This document shows, one piece after another, positions 30,879 through 40,312 of a stretch of DNA of 63,555 nucleotides. The notes below the pieces were generated by a model. The model was not told where the DNA came from and searched no databases. It saw only the letters and a list, made by a program, of their open reading frames with translations. This stretch comes from a virus (lineage: Duplodnaviria; Caudoviricetes): IMG/VR virus record IMGVR_UViG_3300004806_000026, positions 1 through 63,555 of that record; one strand, 5' to 3'. Each line of letters opens with the position of its first letter. Within the stretch, counting starts at the first letter, position 1. The position numbers were made by a program, and so were the translations under genes.

Positions 30879-31433
30879 TTAGAATGTTGCTTGGTATGTA
30901 AATTGAAATGGGTATGTATAGTTGTTACTCCAAGCAATAGCTACCCCACTATTCCCTGAAATATTGCCTGTTGTAGCACCACCTGCAAACCATCCAATAT
31001 ATGTAGTTCCAGTATACGCAGATTCTCTAACGGTAAAAGTAATTTGCCCTTTAGACGCATTTGAGTTTCCGCCAATAGTGAACGGCAATCCTGATAAGTT
31101 TAGTATTCCAGAAGCGGTTCCTGCATTTGTAATTGTTATTTGACCATTAATATATATCATTTGCCCAACTTTTACATAGTATCCAGTACTTGTATAGCTT
31201 GTTAGAGAACCACCTGCTGGACCTGCAATTGGAGTCCAAGTCCCTGTCTCATAATCATTGAGCGTACTGTTTATAGCGGCACTACTATTGTTAAATACTA
31301 TTCCATTAGTACCAGTAGCAAAGGTTAAATTGCCACTTAGCTGACCGCCCGTCAAAGGCAAAGCCGCAGTAGACTGTGTTGTTGAGTCACTAAACGTAAT
31401 TGATGGGGATGATCCCCCAATAACTGTTGTCAT
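30879..31433 (-). CDS. short tail-fibre/adhesin module, copy 2
   Basis: NSTLNDYETGTWTP junction followed by a variable beta domain. Confidence 0.75.
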   Translation of the reverse strand: MTTVIGGSSPSITFSDSTTQSTAALPLTGGQLSGNLTFATGTNGIVFNNSSAAINSTLNDYETGTWTPIAGPAGGSLTSYTSTGYYVKVGQMIYINGQITITNAGTASGILNLSGLPFTIGGNSNASKGQITFTVRESAYTGTTYIGWFAGGATTGNISGNSGVAIAWSNNYTYPFQFTYQATF

Positions 31434-31434
31434 A

Positions 31435-31695
31435 TTAAACTCCTATAGGTCTTTGTGCCGCTTGTGCCGCCTGATAAGCTGAGACTACTTCGGATGTCCA
31501 TACTGCACTAGCTATTGCAGGTACTGGAGCAGGATCAGATTGAGCAGCAGTGTCACCGGGGTGACGTACCCAACGATGAAAGTTTCTTGCAATCTCAACA
31601 CCATCTTTGGTAATGATTTCTGCTTGGCGTACTTGAATAGTGCCGTCTTCTAGCACTTCTGTTTTGTCGATAATTGTGTTTGATGCGAGTGTCAT
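31435..31695 (-). CDS. fibre-cassette partner protein, copy 1
   Basis: IDKTEVLEDGTIQVRQAEIITKDGVEIARNF shared with 30624-30869. Confidence 0.8.
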   Translation of the reverse strand: MTLASNTIIDKTEVLEDGTIQVRQAEIITKDGVEIARNFHRWVRHPGDTAAQSDPAPVPAIASAVWTSEVVSAYQAAQAAQRPIGV

Positions 31696-31704
31696 TGTGA
31701 CTCC

Positions 31705-32298
31705 TTAGAATTGAGCTTTGTATACCATTGTTATGATAAATCTTTTACCGCTTACTGTTGCATTTGATAATTGTGCAAAATTTGAATTTGCAATTGTCAT
31801 GGTAGATGAGTTAGTTGTATTTTCAAAATAAAGTGCAGTTGCGGTATAACTTGAATAACCAACATAACCATTTGCATAATTTGTACTGACAAATGGCATA
31901 CTAAATTGAGCATTTGAACCATTGGAATTTGATGGATATGTAATATCGCAAGAAGCAAAAACCATATTGCCAATTTTTGTATAAAAAGCAAATTGATTTG
32001 TAATTGTCAATCCTGCTCCACTTACATCCGTTGGTGTCCAAGTCCCTGTCTCATAGTCATTAAGCGTACTATTTGTAAGAGCAGAAGAGTTGTTAAAGGT
32101 TATACCCGCATTAGAACCAAACCCTATCGTATTTGCAAACGTAACCTTCTGACTATTATCTATCGTTATTGCAGTAGTTGCCGTACCACCTGAAGTGGTC
32201 GTAGCTAGTTGTAAAGTTCCATCGTTACCAGCGGTATAGACTAGACCCGTTGTGCCACTTGACACGCCATTGTCCGCCTTGAGAATATTGGATGACAT
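31705..32298 (-). CDS. short tail-fibre/adhesin module, copy 1
   Basis: NSTLNDYETGTWTP junction; N-terminus similar to 32719-33687. Confidence 0.75.
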   Translation of the reverse strand: MSSNILKADNGVSSGTTGLVYTAGNDGTLQLATTTSGGTATTAITIDNSQKVTFANTIGFGSNAGITFNNSSALTNSTLNDYETGTWTPTDVSGAGLTITNQFAFYTKIGNMVFASCDITYPSNSNGSNAQFSMPFVSTNYANGYVGYSSYTATALYFENTTNSSTMTIANSNFAQLSNATVSGKRFIITMVYKAQF

Positions 32299-32299
32299 A

Positions 32300-32722
32300 T
32301 TATGCTACCTTTGCTTCTAGAGCTGTTACTTTTGCTGATAGTTCTTTTCTTCTTGTTGGAACTTTTAATACTCTGTAAGCATGAAGTCCATTTTCAGACC
32401 TTGTGACCCATTCAAGATTATCTACATTGTTATTATGTTTGTTGCCATCTTTATGATTAACTTGTGGTTTGTTTGATTCATTTTCAATAAACGCTCTTGC
32501 AACCAATCTATGCACACTTTGATTGCTTTTTACACCATCAATACAAAAAGAAACAGTTAAATAACCACTTTTACTTTTGCCTGCTTTCAAAATAGTTGAT
32601 GGGTTAACTTTTGAACCCCCACAATAATGATTAACCATTCTTTCAATAGAACGAACATTTCCTAAATTACTAACTTCGTAATGCGTTTCAAATCCTGCAC
32701 ATGGATGCCATATTTCGTTCAT
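32300..32722 (-). mobile_element. NUMOD4-HNH homing endonuclease gene
   Basis: EIWHPCAGFETHYEVSNLGNVRS (NUMOD4) and VHRLVA...VNHKDGNKHNN...NLEWVT (HNH). Confidence 0.9.
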
Positions 32723-33687
32723 ATACCCACCTTTGCTTGTAATGCGGTAACTTGTGCTGACAACTCCTGAATGGACTTTAACATTGCGTACTTCAAATCT
32801 GTTTCGTAAATAGCAAGTTTGACATTAGGAGCTTCTTTTGTTCCTATGTCCATTATTCCAACTAACTCAGGAGCTACTGACTGTACAGATTGAGCAGTTA
32901 CACCAATATTTAAATCTGTATCAGTTTGGTCGTTAAATAAAAATGTAACAACTGGTATTTGATTAAGAATAGACAAATAACTCTTTGCGGGAGTTATATC
33001 TTTTTTCATGGTTGCATCAGAGAGATTAGTATTATTTGCTTGATAGTTAGCAACACCACCATTTGAATTGACTACAAATCTATTTGTTGGTCCATTATCT
33101 TGACATTGAATAAAATTTGCTCCAGCAGAATTTGGAGATGCACCTGTATATTTTATAAATAATCCTTGGGGATTACTTGACGCACTATTTGTAAATTGAG
33201 AAGTGTAATTTCCTGAGCTTTGTGTAATTCCAAATATTTCACTATTGTTTTGCGATGTTTGACCAACTAATAATGCACCACTATTAAGTAGTGTCATTGC
33301 TTGGGTAAATGTAATAGCATTACCAGCAGTTCCTGATGGCGCTACATACCAAGCGTGTTGACCAGTACCCGCACCTTGAGAATAATAAGTTGCATACCCG
33401 TTATTTTGATATAAATTATTGGATGTTCCGTTTATAGTATTGAAATACAAAGATATTTGATTTCCTGCGGTATTTCCAAATAAAGAACCAGCTCCAGAAA
33501 ACTGAACACCTTTCCAATTTGTAGCCCAACTTGCACTAGGAGTAACTCCCACACCCACGTTTTGAGCTGTATCTATTGTTACCGCAGTAGTCGTACCATT
33601 AGTCTGTAGCTGAAGTACGCCAGATGTATCCGCTGAGTAAACCAGTGCGGTGGTGGTAGTGAGGCCGGCGGAGATCGTTGAAGCCAT
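32719..33687 (-). CDS. tail fibre/spike with C-terminal intramolecular chaperone (peptidase S74-like)
   Basis: SDATMKKDI...IGVTAQSVQSVAPELV...LKSIQELSAQV chaperone pattern. Confidence 0.85.
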   Translation of the reverse strand: MASTISAGLTTTTALVYSADTSGVLQLQTNGTTTAVTIDTAQNVGVGVTPSASWATNWKGVQFSGAGSLFGNTAGNQISLYFNTINGTSNNLYQNNGYATYYSQGAGTGQHAWYVAPSGTAGNAITFTQAMTLLNSGALLVGQTSQNNSEIFGITQSSGNYTSQFTNSASSNPQGLFIKYTGASPNSAGANFIQCQDNGPTNRFVVNSNGGVANYQANNTNLSDATMKKDITPAKSYLSILNQIPVVTFLFNDQTDTDLNIGVTAQSVQSVAPELVGIMDIGTKEAPNVKLAIYETDLKYAMLKSIQELSAQVTALQAKVGI

Positions 33688-33696
33688 GTTATTTCC

Positions 33697-34371
33697 TTAA
33701 ATGATTACCCATCTCTGGCTTGAGCTCACCGTGACGCTAACTCCAGATGCTGTTGTGATTGGACCAACTGAGAAACCGTTTGTGCCCGTTGCGATGGTAT
33801 AGCTAACGCTTGCTGTCGTGTTGTTAACTTGAATAGCGCCGCCCGCTTGAGCACCACCAATACCGCCCCAGATCGTTCCGTTGTAACCTTCAAACTGAGC
33901 AAGCGTTGTGTTATACCTGAACATGCCCGTTGCAGGAGAGCCTGATCTTTGTGCCGTCGTACCCGCAGCTACTTGGATTTCTCCAGTGCCAGACATCGTA
34001 ATATCGCCCGTAGTAGAAAGCGTTGCAAGCGATACGTTACTTGTTGTTGGGTCTATATAGACAGCTTTTTCAGACGGGTATGTTAAAAATACGTTCTGTG
34101 TACCAGACGCAAAATTAGTTAAAGACCCTGCATTGCTAGAAGACAGTACTGTGGTACGGCTTAACGTATTGCCTGTGTTCCAAGTGCCAAGACCCACTTC
34201 CCAATTAGCGCCGCCTTGGTCTGCAATACAGTAATATGTAGTTGTGCCGTTAACAGAACCAAACGCCGCGCTAAAGGCTTGATACCCCGTAACAGCACCA
34301 AGGAGCGTAACTACGCCCGTGCCCGGCGCACTACATGTCTCTAAAACCCTGTCTTTGACTAGAAAGGCCAT
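33697..34371 (-). CDS. proximal tail-fibre/appendage protein
   Basis: LVKDRVLET...WEVGLG...LSRTTVLSSSN; GTTAQRS...GMFRYNTT..FEGYNG..WG motif. Confidence 0.7.
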   Translation of the reverse strand: MAFLVKDRVLETCSAPGTGVVTLLGAVTGYQAFSAAFGSVNGTTTYYCIADQGGANWEVGLGTWNTGNTLSRTTVLSSSNAGSLTNFASGTQNVFLTYPSEKAVYIDPTTSNVSLATLSTTGDITMSGTGEIQVAAGTTAQRSGSPATGMFRYNTTLAQFEGYNGTIWGGIGGAQAGGAIQVNNTTASVSYTIATGTNGFSVGPITTASGVSVTVSSSQRWVII

Positions 34372-34384
34372 ACATACCCCTTAA

Positions 34385-34987
34385 TTAAGACGTAGCGGTG
34401 GTCGAAAAAGTAACGCTGACAGTATCTCCAGATGTCGTTGTTTTCGCTGTACCAAAGTTTCCTTCAGAATACAAAGTACCGCTTGTATTGCTTTGAGCAC
34501 TAGAAGCGCCTGTACCAAGTACCAAGAAACATCCGTATACCGTACCACCACTACCTGTGATTGTATAGGTAATAGCCGTTGCTGTGGAAGATGTTACGTT
34601 AGAAGGAGTTGATCCTGTACTGGTAGATGATGCAAAAACTGCTGTACCGCGAACGGCTGATCCGCCCACTGTATAAGCTATAAACTCTTTAGACGGAACG
34701 ATTGTGCTCATAACGTCTGTTGCAGCGGGTGTAATGCTTGCATTGAGCAAACCAAGGTAAGGTCCGGTCACAGAGTAGCTTGAGCCTCTAAGTAAAGTAT
34801 CAAGCATTAACTGCTTTCCTACTGCTACCACTAGGTTGGGAAACTCTTCTTCCCATTTAATGTTTCCGTCTTTGTCGCGGCAAACAACGTGATACCAACC
34901 TTCAACGCCCATTCCTTCTGGGATCTTAGCATTAGCTTGTAATGTAGCAACTGCATGGTCGCCAAATTTTGAAAGTTCGTTAGTCAT
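34385..34987 (-). CDS. virion structural protein
   Basis: Beta-rich T/S/G protein in the tail cluster. Confidence 0.6.
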   Translation of the reverse strand: MTNELSKFGDHAVATLQANAKIPEGMGVEGWYHVVCRDKDGNIKWEEEFPNLVVAVGKQLMLDTLLRGSSYSVTGPYLGLLNASITPAATDVMSTIVPSKEFIAYTVGGSAVRGTAVFASSTSTGSTPSNVTSSTATAITYTITGSGGTVYGCFLVLGTGASSAQSNTSGTLYSEGNFGTAKTTTSGDTVSVTFSTTATS

Positions 34988-34996
34988 CTTGACTCC

Positions 34997-35425
34997 TTAA
35001 GAAATGGTAATAACCGCAGTAGTTGATGTTGCGGCAGGCCAGGTTATGGTGAAATTGTTCATGGTAATGTCGTTACCAAAGTTTAAAACGAAAACAGAAT
35101 TACCCGTAGTTGCATTGTAAATTAAAGCTCCTCTTGCGGTAATAGTTGCGCCTGTCCAGGTCACATTATTAAAGTAAGGAAAAGCTACGTTGTTAGCCAA
35201 ATCCTGTCCCGGATTAGCAGATATCGTAATGACATTACCACCTGCCGTATACCCATTAGCCACAACCTCTGCCGTTGTACCAGAATAAGTCGCTGTCGTA
35301 TTGTTAAGATTGCTCAAAGCAGTATACAAAGCCACCTTATAGGTATACGGAGAAGTCGTTGTGAAGTTAACCAGACCGTTCAAGCAGTCTGATTTAAACT
35401 GGGTAGTCTGGGTTTGGATGATCAT
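34997..35425 (-). CDS. virion structural protein
   Basis: YKVALYT...GYTAGG...ITARGALIYN..FTITWP pattern of phage tail-region proteins. Confidence 0.65.
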   Translation of the reverse strand: MIIQTQTTQFKSDCLNGLVNFTTTSPYTYKVALYTALSNLNNTTATYSGTTAEVVANGYTAGGNVITISANPGQDLANNVAFPYFNNVTWTGATITARGALIYNATTGNSVFVLNFGNDITMNNFTITWPAATSTTAVITIS

Positions 35426-36372
35426 ACTGCTGCATTACCTCTAATATTAGTATTCAGCTTAGTTTGACCATCCCTATACGCATCACCTCTTTCAAGTCCA
35501 TCTCCGAGGCGTTTAGCAAGCATAAGCGCTTCTGAGTACTTATCTTCATAGTACTTAACTAAATCTTGCTCACCCTTCATAAACAACATGGCTTCGCGCA
35601 TAGATCCATAAAGAAGTACTGGATCAAAGTTATCGCCCAACCAGCTTGTTCCATTTGAGTTGTTAATCGTATTGACATTGATAGCAAAGCCCGATCCTGA
35701 TCCGCCAAGGCTAGATGCAGATACACCTAAAGAATCTCCAACAGCATAAAAATTGCCACCGTTTTGAAGTGTAAAGGAAGTTACTGTTCCGCTAGATCCC
35801 ACTAAAAAGTCGGCATAAGCACTCTGCCCAGACCCACCGGTCAAAGGAATATTTTGATACAAACCAGGAGCATAACCAAATCCTGAATTGGTAACGTTGG
35901 TTACAGAAGTAATAATACCTTGAACTATTGAAGGGGGGTAAAAGAAATAATGTAACTCTACGTTATAAGATTGATCCGGCGTAGGCCCAAGAATACAAGA
36001 CAATTCATTTTGATTATTGTATTGAGGTCCAAAGACTGCATAGTATTTAGGCGTTCCTTGCGCCGTTGGATTTGGATATGCCTCTCGAATAAAGTTTACA
36101 TCCTTATTAAGAAGGTAGGTAAACGGCACAGTCGTATAGTCTGATGTGTATATAGCTATGGAATATGTTGATAGCCAATCTATCGGTAAAGATAAATAAG
36201 AATTACTTGCGGTCAAAGTACCGGTAACATTCTTACGAAGTGACGGGAAATTAATTGTGTTGTATATACGTTCTTCGGCTTGCTGTACAAATACTGGAAT
36301 GTTTGCAAGAAACAAAGACTCCGTATTCTCAGCATACGCTTGGATTGTGTTGTACAACGTTTCGTAATTCAC
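35422..36372 (-). CDS. head-tail adaptor / tail tubular protein A-like
   Basis: FVQQAEERIY, GTPKYYA, LGPTPD..Y.VELHY, LLYGS..EA motifs. Confidence 0.7.
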   Translation of the reverse strand: MNYETLYNTIQAYAENTESLFLANIPVFVQQAEERIYNTINFPSLRKNVTGTLTASNSYLSLPIDWLSTYSIAIYTSDYTTVPFTYLLNKDVNFIREAYPNPTAQGTPKYYAVFGPQYNNQNELSCILGPTPDQSYNVELHYFFYPPSIVQGIITSVTNVTNSGFGYAPGLYQNIPLTGGSGQSAYADFLVGSSGTVTSFTLQNGGNFYAVGDSLGVSASSLGGSGSGFAINVNTINNSNGTSWLGDNFDPVLLYGSMREAMLFMKGEQDLVKYYEDKYSEALMLAKRLGDGLERGDAYRDGQTKLNTNIRGNAAV

Positions 36373-36650
36373 GCCATTGGTCCTCTTGCAATTCTACCTT
36401 TTGTAGCCGCGCCGTTACCACGAGTTTCTATCCCAGTGGATTTAGGACCATTTGTAATGTTGCCTAAACTTACGCGTCTTGCGGGCATGCCCCCAGGAGT
36501 AGACTCGTCTGCACGCATTGTATTTGGGTCAGTAGCATAATGAACAGCCTCTTGTCCATTAATAACATTACCTTTCATGTTATGTGCTTGCGCATATAAC
36601 GAAGCTGGACCTACTTCTTTGCCGCCTTTTTTCATGCTGAATTTAGCCAT
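36369..36650 (-). CDS. small basic late protein
   Basis: MKKGG motif; C-terminal RGNGAATKG. Confidence 0.65.
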   Translation of the reverse strand: MAKFSMKKGGKEVGPASLYAQAHNMKGNVINGQEAVHYATDPNTMRADESTPGGMPARRVSLGNITNGPKSTGIETRGNGAATKGRIARGPMA

Positions 36651-36886
36651 TATTTGCCCCTTGAAGAAGACTTCTGGTTAGTAACACGAGCCATATTACG
36701 ACCCATGCTTCTAAGATTAGACTGAGTTACACCACCTTTAGCCATTTTCTTTGTAGGCATACCGCCTTTTTTAAGGACGATTTTAGTGTGCTTACCAGGA
36801 TGTTCTTGAGCATCGTGCTCTTTAAAAGCTTTTTTGATCATTGCTTTATCTTGAGCAATGTCGTTATCCATTTCTTTTTTAGCCAT
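36650..36886 (-). CDS. small basic late protein
   Basis: LKKGG and MAKGG motifs; AGGAG RBS. Confidence 0.65.
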   Translation of the reverse strand: MAKKEMDNDIAQDKAMIKKAFKEHDAQEHPGKHTKIVLKKGGMPTKKMAKGGVTQSNLRSMGRNMARVTNQKSSSRGK

Positions 36887-36895
36887 AATTTACTC

Positions 36896-37318
36896 CTACG
36901 TTATTGTGACTGAATTTACCGTGCCTTTTGCAACCAAGGCATTTGGCGTTAGGCTTCTATCAAAACCACTGGAACCACCAACCGGCATCCAGCCCCATTG
37001 AAACACTCGACTTCCAGTTTCAGGATATCCGTTCTCATCAAGTGAATTGTCAACCCCGTTTTGAATCTGCAGTCCACTACTTCCAGAACCATAATAGCTG
37101 ATATCAGGTCTTGGCTCACGCACTGCTTGCGGATCATTTACAGGATACAAACCTAATTGTAATTGCGGATGATCTGGATCCCAACACTCAGGGCATACTT
37201 TGATGCTAACTTGTTTAGTCTTAATCGTCAACTTACGAAGTTCGACAAGTTTGTACCGCTGACCGCACCGGTCGCATTCGGCAATCGCATACTTACCGGA
37301 AGAATACTTACTAGGCAT
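36896..37318 (-). CDS. zinc-ribbon late protein
   Basis: CDRC...CPEC, DHPQL, DPQAVREPRPD. Confidence 0.7.
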   Translation of the reverse strand: MPSKYSSGKYAIAECDRCGQRYKLVELRKLTIKTKQVSIKVCPECWDPDHPQLQLGLYPVNDPQAVREPRPDISYYGSGSSGLQIQNGVDNSLDENGYPETGSRVFQWGWMPVGGSSGFDRSLTPNALVAKGTVNSVTIT

Positions 37319-37321
37319 CCT

Positions 37322-38254
37322 TTACCTCGAATAGAAAATGTTCCTTGGAACCCACCGGATCGGAGCAGTCTCACGGTCTTCCTGGGCAGCCAAGTTAAAC
37401 TGATCCTCGTAGTCCTGTTTCAAAAACAAAACGCGCTCTGGCATGACTTCTGGCTTCTTAACACTAAGAAAATAAGAAAGTCCAGCCACAAAGCAGTTAA
37501 TAAATCTGAACGGAATATCTTGAACGTTGACGCCGCCCCCTGCGTCTTGTATGCGCCTCATGCGCCAGTAAACGAGTGTATAGGGGCCTCCACCTGAGTC
37601 CGGACAAGGCCAAACGGTCAGGTTAGGGAGGTATTGCTCAATTATCGCGGCCCCTGCGGTGTGCGCTACAGCAGTTGTGCCGTTTTGTCCACGATAACAG
37701 TTTACGATCTGATTACCGCTGATATTAGCGTAACCAATAATTTCATTATCAATCTGGATATACCCAGAACTACGCAGGTTCTGCGTTGTACTTAAAGTCA
37801 GCGTCGTATCTGTGGCTAAACAAGTAGACGCAAGAGTAATCGTCGTTGGGTTGGCGTTACCTGTTTGGCGGTTAAACCAGACTTGAATAGGGCGCCCCGT
37901 CGTTAACTTGTTAGGTATTGTGGAATAGGTACTTTCACTAATACGGCTTAAATTAATATCCGCCTGATTAGAGGTGCTGGTATTGCTTGTACGGGTAACT
38001 AAATCAAGGATATCAATGGTGTCATTAGGCACGTTGTAAAACGCTTGCCCAGTAACCAAAGGGATCACACACTCCTCAACAGTCCAAAGATTAATACCTC
38101 GATTAGCCCATTCAATTGTCATCAAATTGATAGACCGACGTGCAGTACGCAAGTCATATCCAGAACGCATCTGGAGTCCACAGCGCTCAAAAGCATCCTC
38201 GACCAGTTCGGTTAGGTCTAAGTTAAATGATGCGGTTCCAGATGTTTGAGCCAT
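37322..38254 (-). CDS. head completion/adaptor protein
   Basis: DLRTARRSINLM..EWANRGINLWT pattern; position after the capsid genes. Confidence 0.65.
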   Translation of the reverse strand: MAQTSGTASFNLDLTELVEDAFERCGLQMRSGYDLRTARRSINLMTIEWANRGINLWTVEECVIPLVTGQAFYNVPNDTIDILDLVTRTSNTSTSNQADINLSRISESTYSTIPNKLTTGRPIQVWFNRQTGNANPTTITLASTCLATDTTLTLSTTQNLRSSGYIQIDNEIIGYANISGNQIVNCYRGQNGTTAVAHTAGAAIIEQYLPNLTVWPCPDSGGGPYTLVYWRMRRIQDAGGGVNVQDIPFRFINCFVAGLSYFLSVKKPEVMPERVLFLKQDYEDQFNLAAQEDRETAPIRWVPRNIFYSR

Positions 38255-38256
38255 TA

Positions 38257-38577
38257 TTAATTAGCTTTGTTAGCTGCAAATTGTTTTTGTGCGTCTGTCT
38301 GTGGGGCTTCAATAGGTACGGTCGCAGGAGTCACAGACATAGTAATTACGTTCGTATCAGCAGGGGCGGCTATAACAACAGGGGCGGCTATAACAACAGG
38401 AGCTTCAATAACAGGCGCAGCAGGTTGTGCAATCTTTAGATGCTCTTCAATCTTATCAATAAATGCTTGAGTTTCTTTAGTAACTGCACCGTGCGCAGAT
38501 TCTTGAACCTGAGCCATATGCTTAACAAGAGCATATAAGTGCTCAACATTCTCTTCAATATGCTTTAGTAAACTCAT
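38257..38577 (-). CDS. hypothetical protein with APVVIA repeats
   Basis: ORF; 18-bp direct repeat at 38361-38396. Confidence 0.6.
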   Translation of the reverse strand: MSLLKHIEENVEHLYALVKHMAQVQESAHGAVTKETQAFIDKIEEHLKIAQPAAPVIEAPVVIAAPVVIAAPADTNVITMSVTPATVPIEAPQTDAQKQFAANKAN

Positions 38578-38813
38578 TTATTTCTCCTAGTTTTAGCTGA
38601 TTCAATAAAATCTTGATCTGTAGGTGCGCCCTTTTGACCAGGCTTCCTCATCTTTGCTCCGCGCTTTTGCTTAGCATGAATATTGGCATAAAGTCCAACA
38701 GGTCCACCTTTTTTGTAGACCTCAACGTCATTTGGATTGTCCTTACGAACAACCGTTTTAGCTTCAGGCATTTTGGAAGGGCGGATTGCGCCCATTCCCC
38801 GACTCGCCATCAT
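38574..38813 (-). CDS. small basic late protein
   Basis: YKKGGPVGLYANIHAKQKRG..MRKPGQKGAPT. Confidence 0.7.
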   Translation of the reverse strand: MMASRGMGAIRPSKMPEAKTVVRKDNPNDVEVYKKGGPVGLYANIHAKQKRGAKMRKPGQKGAPTDQDFIESAKTRRNK

Positions 38814-39004
38814 TTTCTTTTAGCCATTCCACCGCCGCACATGGCTTTAACATGCTCGTGGTGCTTCATGTGACCAGCAGAGTGTTCACCATACATTTTG
38901 TGGTGATGAACGTGACCGCCTTCTTCCATCTTCTCCATCATATGCACGTTGTGTGTATGAGCTGGAGCTGCTTCTTTCATTAATGGGGGATGATCATTTT
39001 TCAT
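38810..39004 (-). CDS. small His/Met-rich protein
   Basis: HVHHHKMYGEHSAGHMKHHEH. Confidence 0.65.
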   Translation of the reverse strand: MKNDHPPLMKEAAPAHTHNVHMMEKMEEGGHVHHHKMYGEHSAGHMKHHEHVKAMCGGGMAKRK

Positions 39005-39013
39005 AACTAGTCC

Positions 39014-39418
39014 TTAACAAAATTTACCACGGGTCTTGCCTTTTTGAGCAATACCATCTGCACGAGCTGAGGCTGTACCGCCAGAAGCCATCTTCTTAAC
39101 AGTCTTACCACCTTTTTTCATACCAGTAGTACTACCCGCCATTTTCTCTTCGATATCTCTAGTGTGCCCACGCTTTTGAAGTTTAGACTCACCAAATTTA
39201 CCATGCTTGTTAGATCCCTTTTCTACATCTTCCGACATACTGCGGGTACCCATTGTTTCTTTTGCTGCCATATTTCCACCTTTAGAAAATTTCTTGCCTT
39301 TGTCGGCTTGACTAAAATCTTCCCCAACATTTTTGGGGACTCCTACTTTCTTGGCGAACGCTGGGTTATGGGCCACCGCCTCCATGAAATTGTGCTGTTT
39401 TTTACTGCTACTTGGCAT
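39014..39418 (-). CDS. basic late protein
   Basis: Start MPSSSKKQHNFMEAVAHNP at 39418 after GGAG; FSKGG, MKKGG, MASGG motifs. Confidence 0.7.
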   Translation of the reverse strand: MPSSSKKQHNFMEAVAHNPAFAKKVGVPKNVGEDFSQADKGKKFSKGGNMAAKETMGTRSMSEDVEKGSNKHGKFGESKLQKRGHTRDIEEKMAGSTTGMKKGGKTVKKMASGGTASARADGIAQKGKTRGKFC

Positions 39419-39653
39419 TCTTAATCTCCATAAGCCTATCCAGTTTTTCGTCCAACCTATCAAGACGGTCCAAAACCCTAGTGATGTCTGCATGGACTTC
39501 TTGCTTTGTAACGTACTCTTTAGCAATCTCTTCTCTGGTTCTGTTAAGAAGGATGGTAACTCTTTGCAGTTCATTAAATTTCTCCTTAAGGAAAAACCCT
39601 ATGATCGCGACAAAAAGCGATAGTGCGGAGTTCCAAAGTATCATAACGTCCAT
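39408..39653 (-). CDS. small TM/coiled-coil protein
   Basis: N-terminal hydrophobic helix; LLNRTREEIAKEYVTK. Confidence 0.7.
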   Translation of the reverse strand: MDVMILWNSALSLFVAIIGFFLKEKFNELQRVTILLNRTREEIAKEYVTKQEVHADITRVLDRLDRLDEKLDRLMEIKNAK

Positions 39654-40073
39654 TTAGATCTTTTCCCTAATTTCTTTATATTTATCCCACTTAGGTGAAT
39701 CCACAGAAGCGTATAAATATTGTGCAGCGAATTCAAGTAGTGTAGGGTCGTCTCTAAAATGTCCTAAACCGCGGTTGCAATGATTACATAACATTCCACG
39801 AATTTTACCGGTTATGTGGTCATGGTCAACGACTAGTTTAGTTTCGTCTCCACATATAACACACTCTTTTGTTGTTGCTTTAAGTTCTTTTAGGGCTTCG
39901 TCTGAAATAACAGATCTATGTTTACCTCGGCAATTTTCATTTCGATAAGAAGCACGGCAAGTACGGCACCAACTATCAAAACCTAATTTAGTTTTATTGT
40001 GTAATGGAAAATTAACCGCATCTAACGGTTTTTCTACTTTACACTTGGTGCAGCACTTACTTAACAATTCCAT
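39654..40073 (-). CDS. endonuclease VII-like HNH protein (possibly a homing endonuclease)
   Basis: CVIC...LVVDHDHITGKIRGMLCNHCNRGLG..DD. Confidence 0.88.
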   Translation of the reverse strand: MELLSKCCTKCKVEKPLDAVNFPLHNKTKLGFDSWCRTCRASYRNENCRGKHRSVISDEALKELKATTKECVICGDETKLVVDHDHITGKIRGMLCNHCNRGLGHFRDDPTLLEFAAQYLYASVDSPKWDKYKEIREKI

Positions 40074-40312
40074 GCTTTTAAAGACAGCGCTTTACGCGTT
40101 GGCTTTCCTTTTTCATCTTTCATTGGACCAGGCATACCGCTCATTCTGGCGCAAAAAGATTTACGACGGCCTTCATCCTTTTTTGTCTTTGGATGTGGAG
40201 CTGGAGGTTTAAGGTTCATACCTTCTTTCTTAGCAGAAGCTCGTCCCTTAGCATTTAAACCGCCATTTGGGTTTTTACCCTCTTTACGTTGCCATGCTGG
40301 GGACTTAGCCAT
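40061..40312 (-). CDS. small basic conserved phage protein
   Basis: AWQRKEGKNPNGGLNAKGRAS...RRKSFCARM...LKAWNC. Confidence 0.7.
   Translation of the reverse strand: MAKSPAWQRKEGKNPNGGLNAKGRASAKKEGMNLKPPAPHPKTKKDEGRRKSFCARMSGMPGPMKDEKGKPTRKALSLKAWNC

Noticed and set aside
30624-33687. Diversity-generating retroelement or invertible tail-fibre switch
   Set aside because: No reverse transcriptase or invertase was seen; repeat differences are not adenine-specific and all cassettes have the same orientation.
39419-39574. Long N-terminal extension of 39014-39574
   Set aside because: It overlaps gene 39408-39653 in another frame; ATG 39418 has its own RBS.
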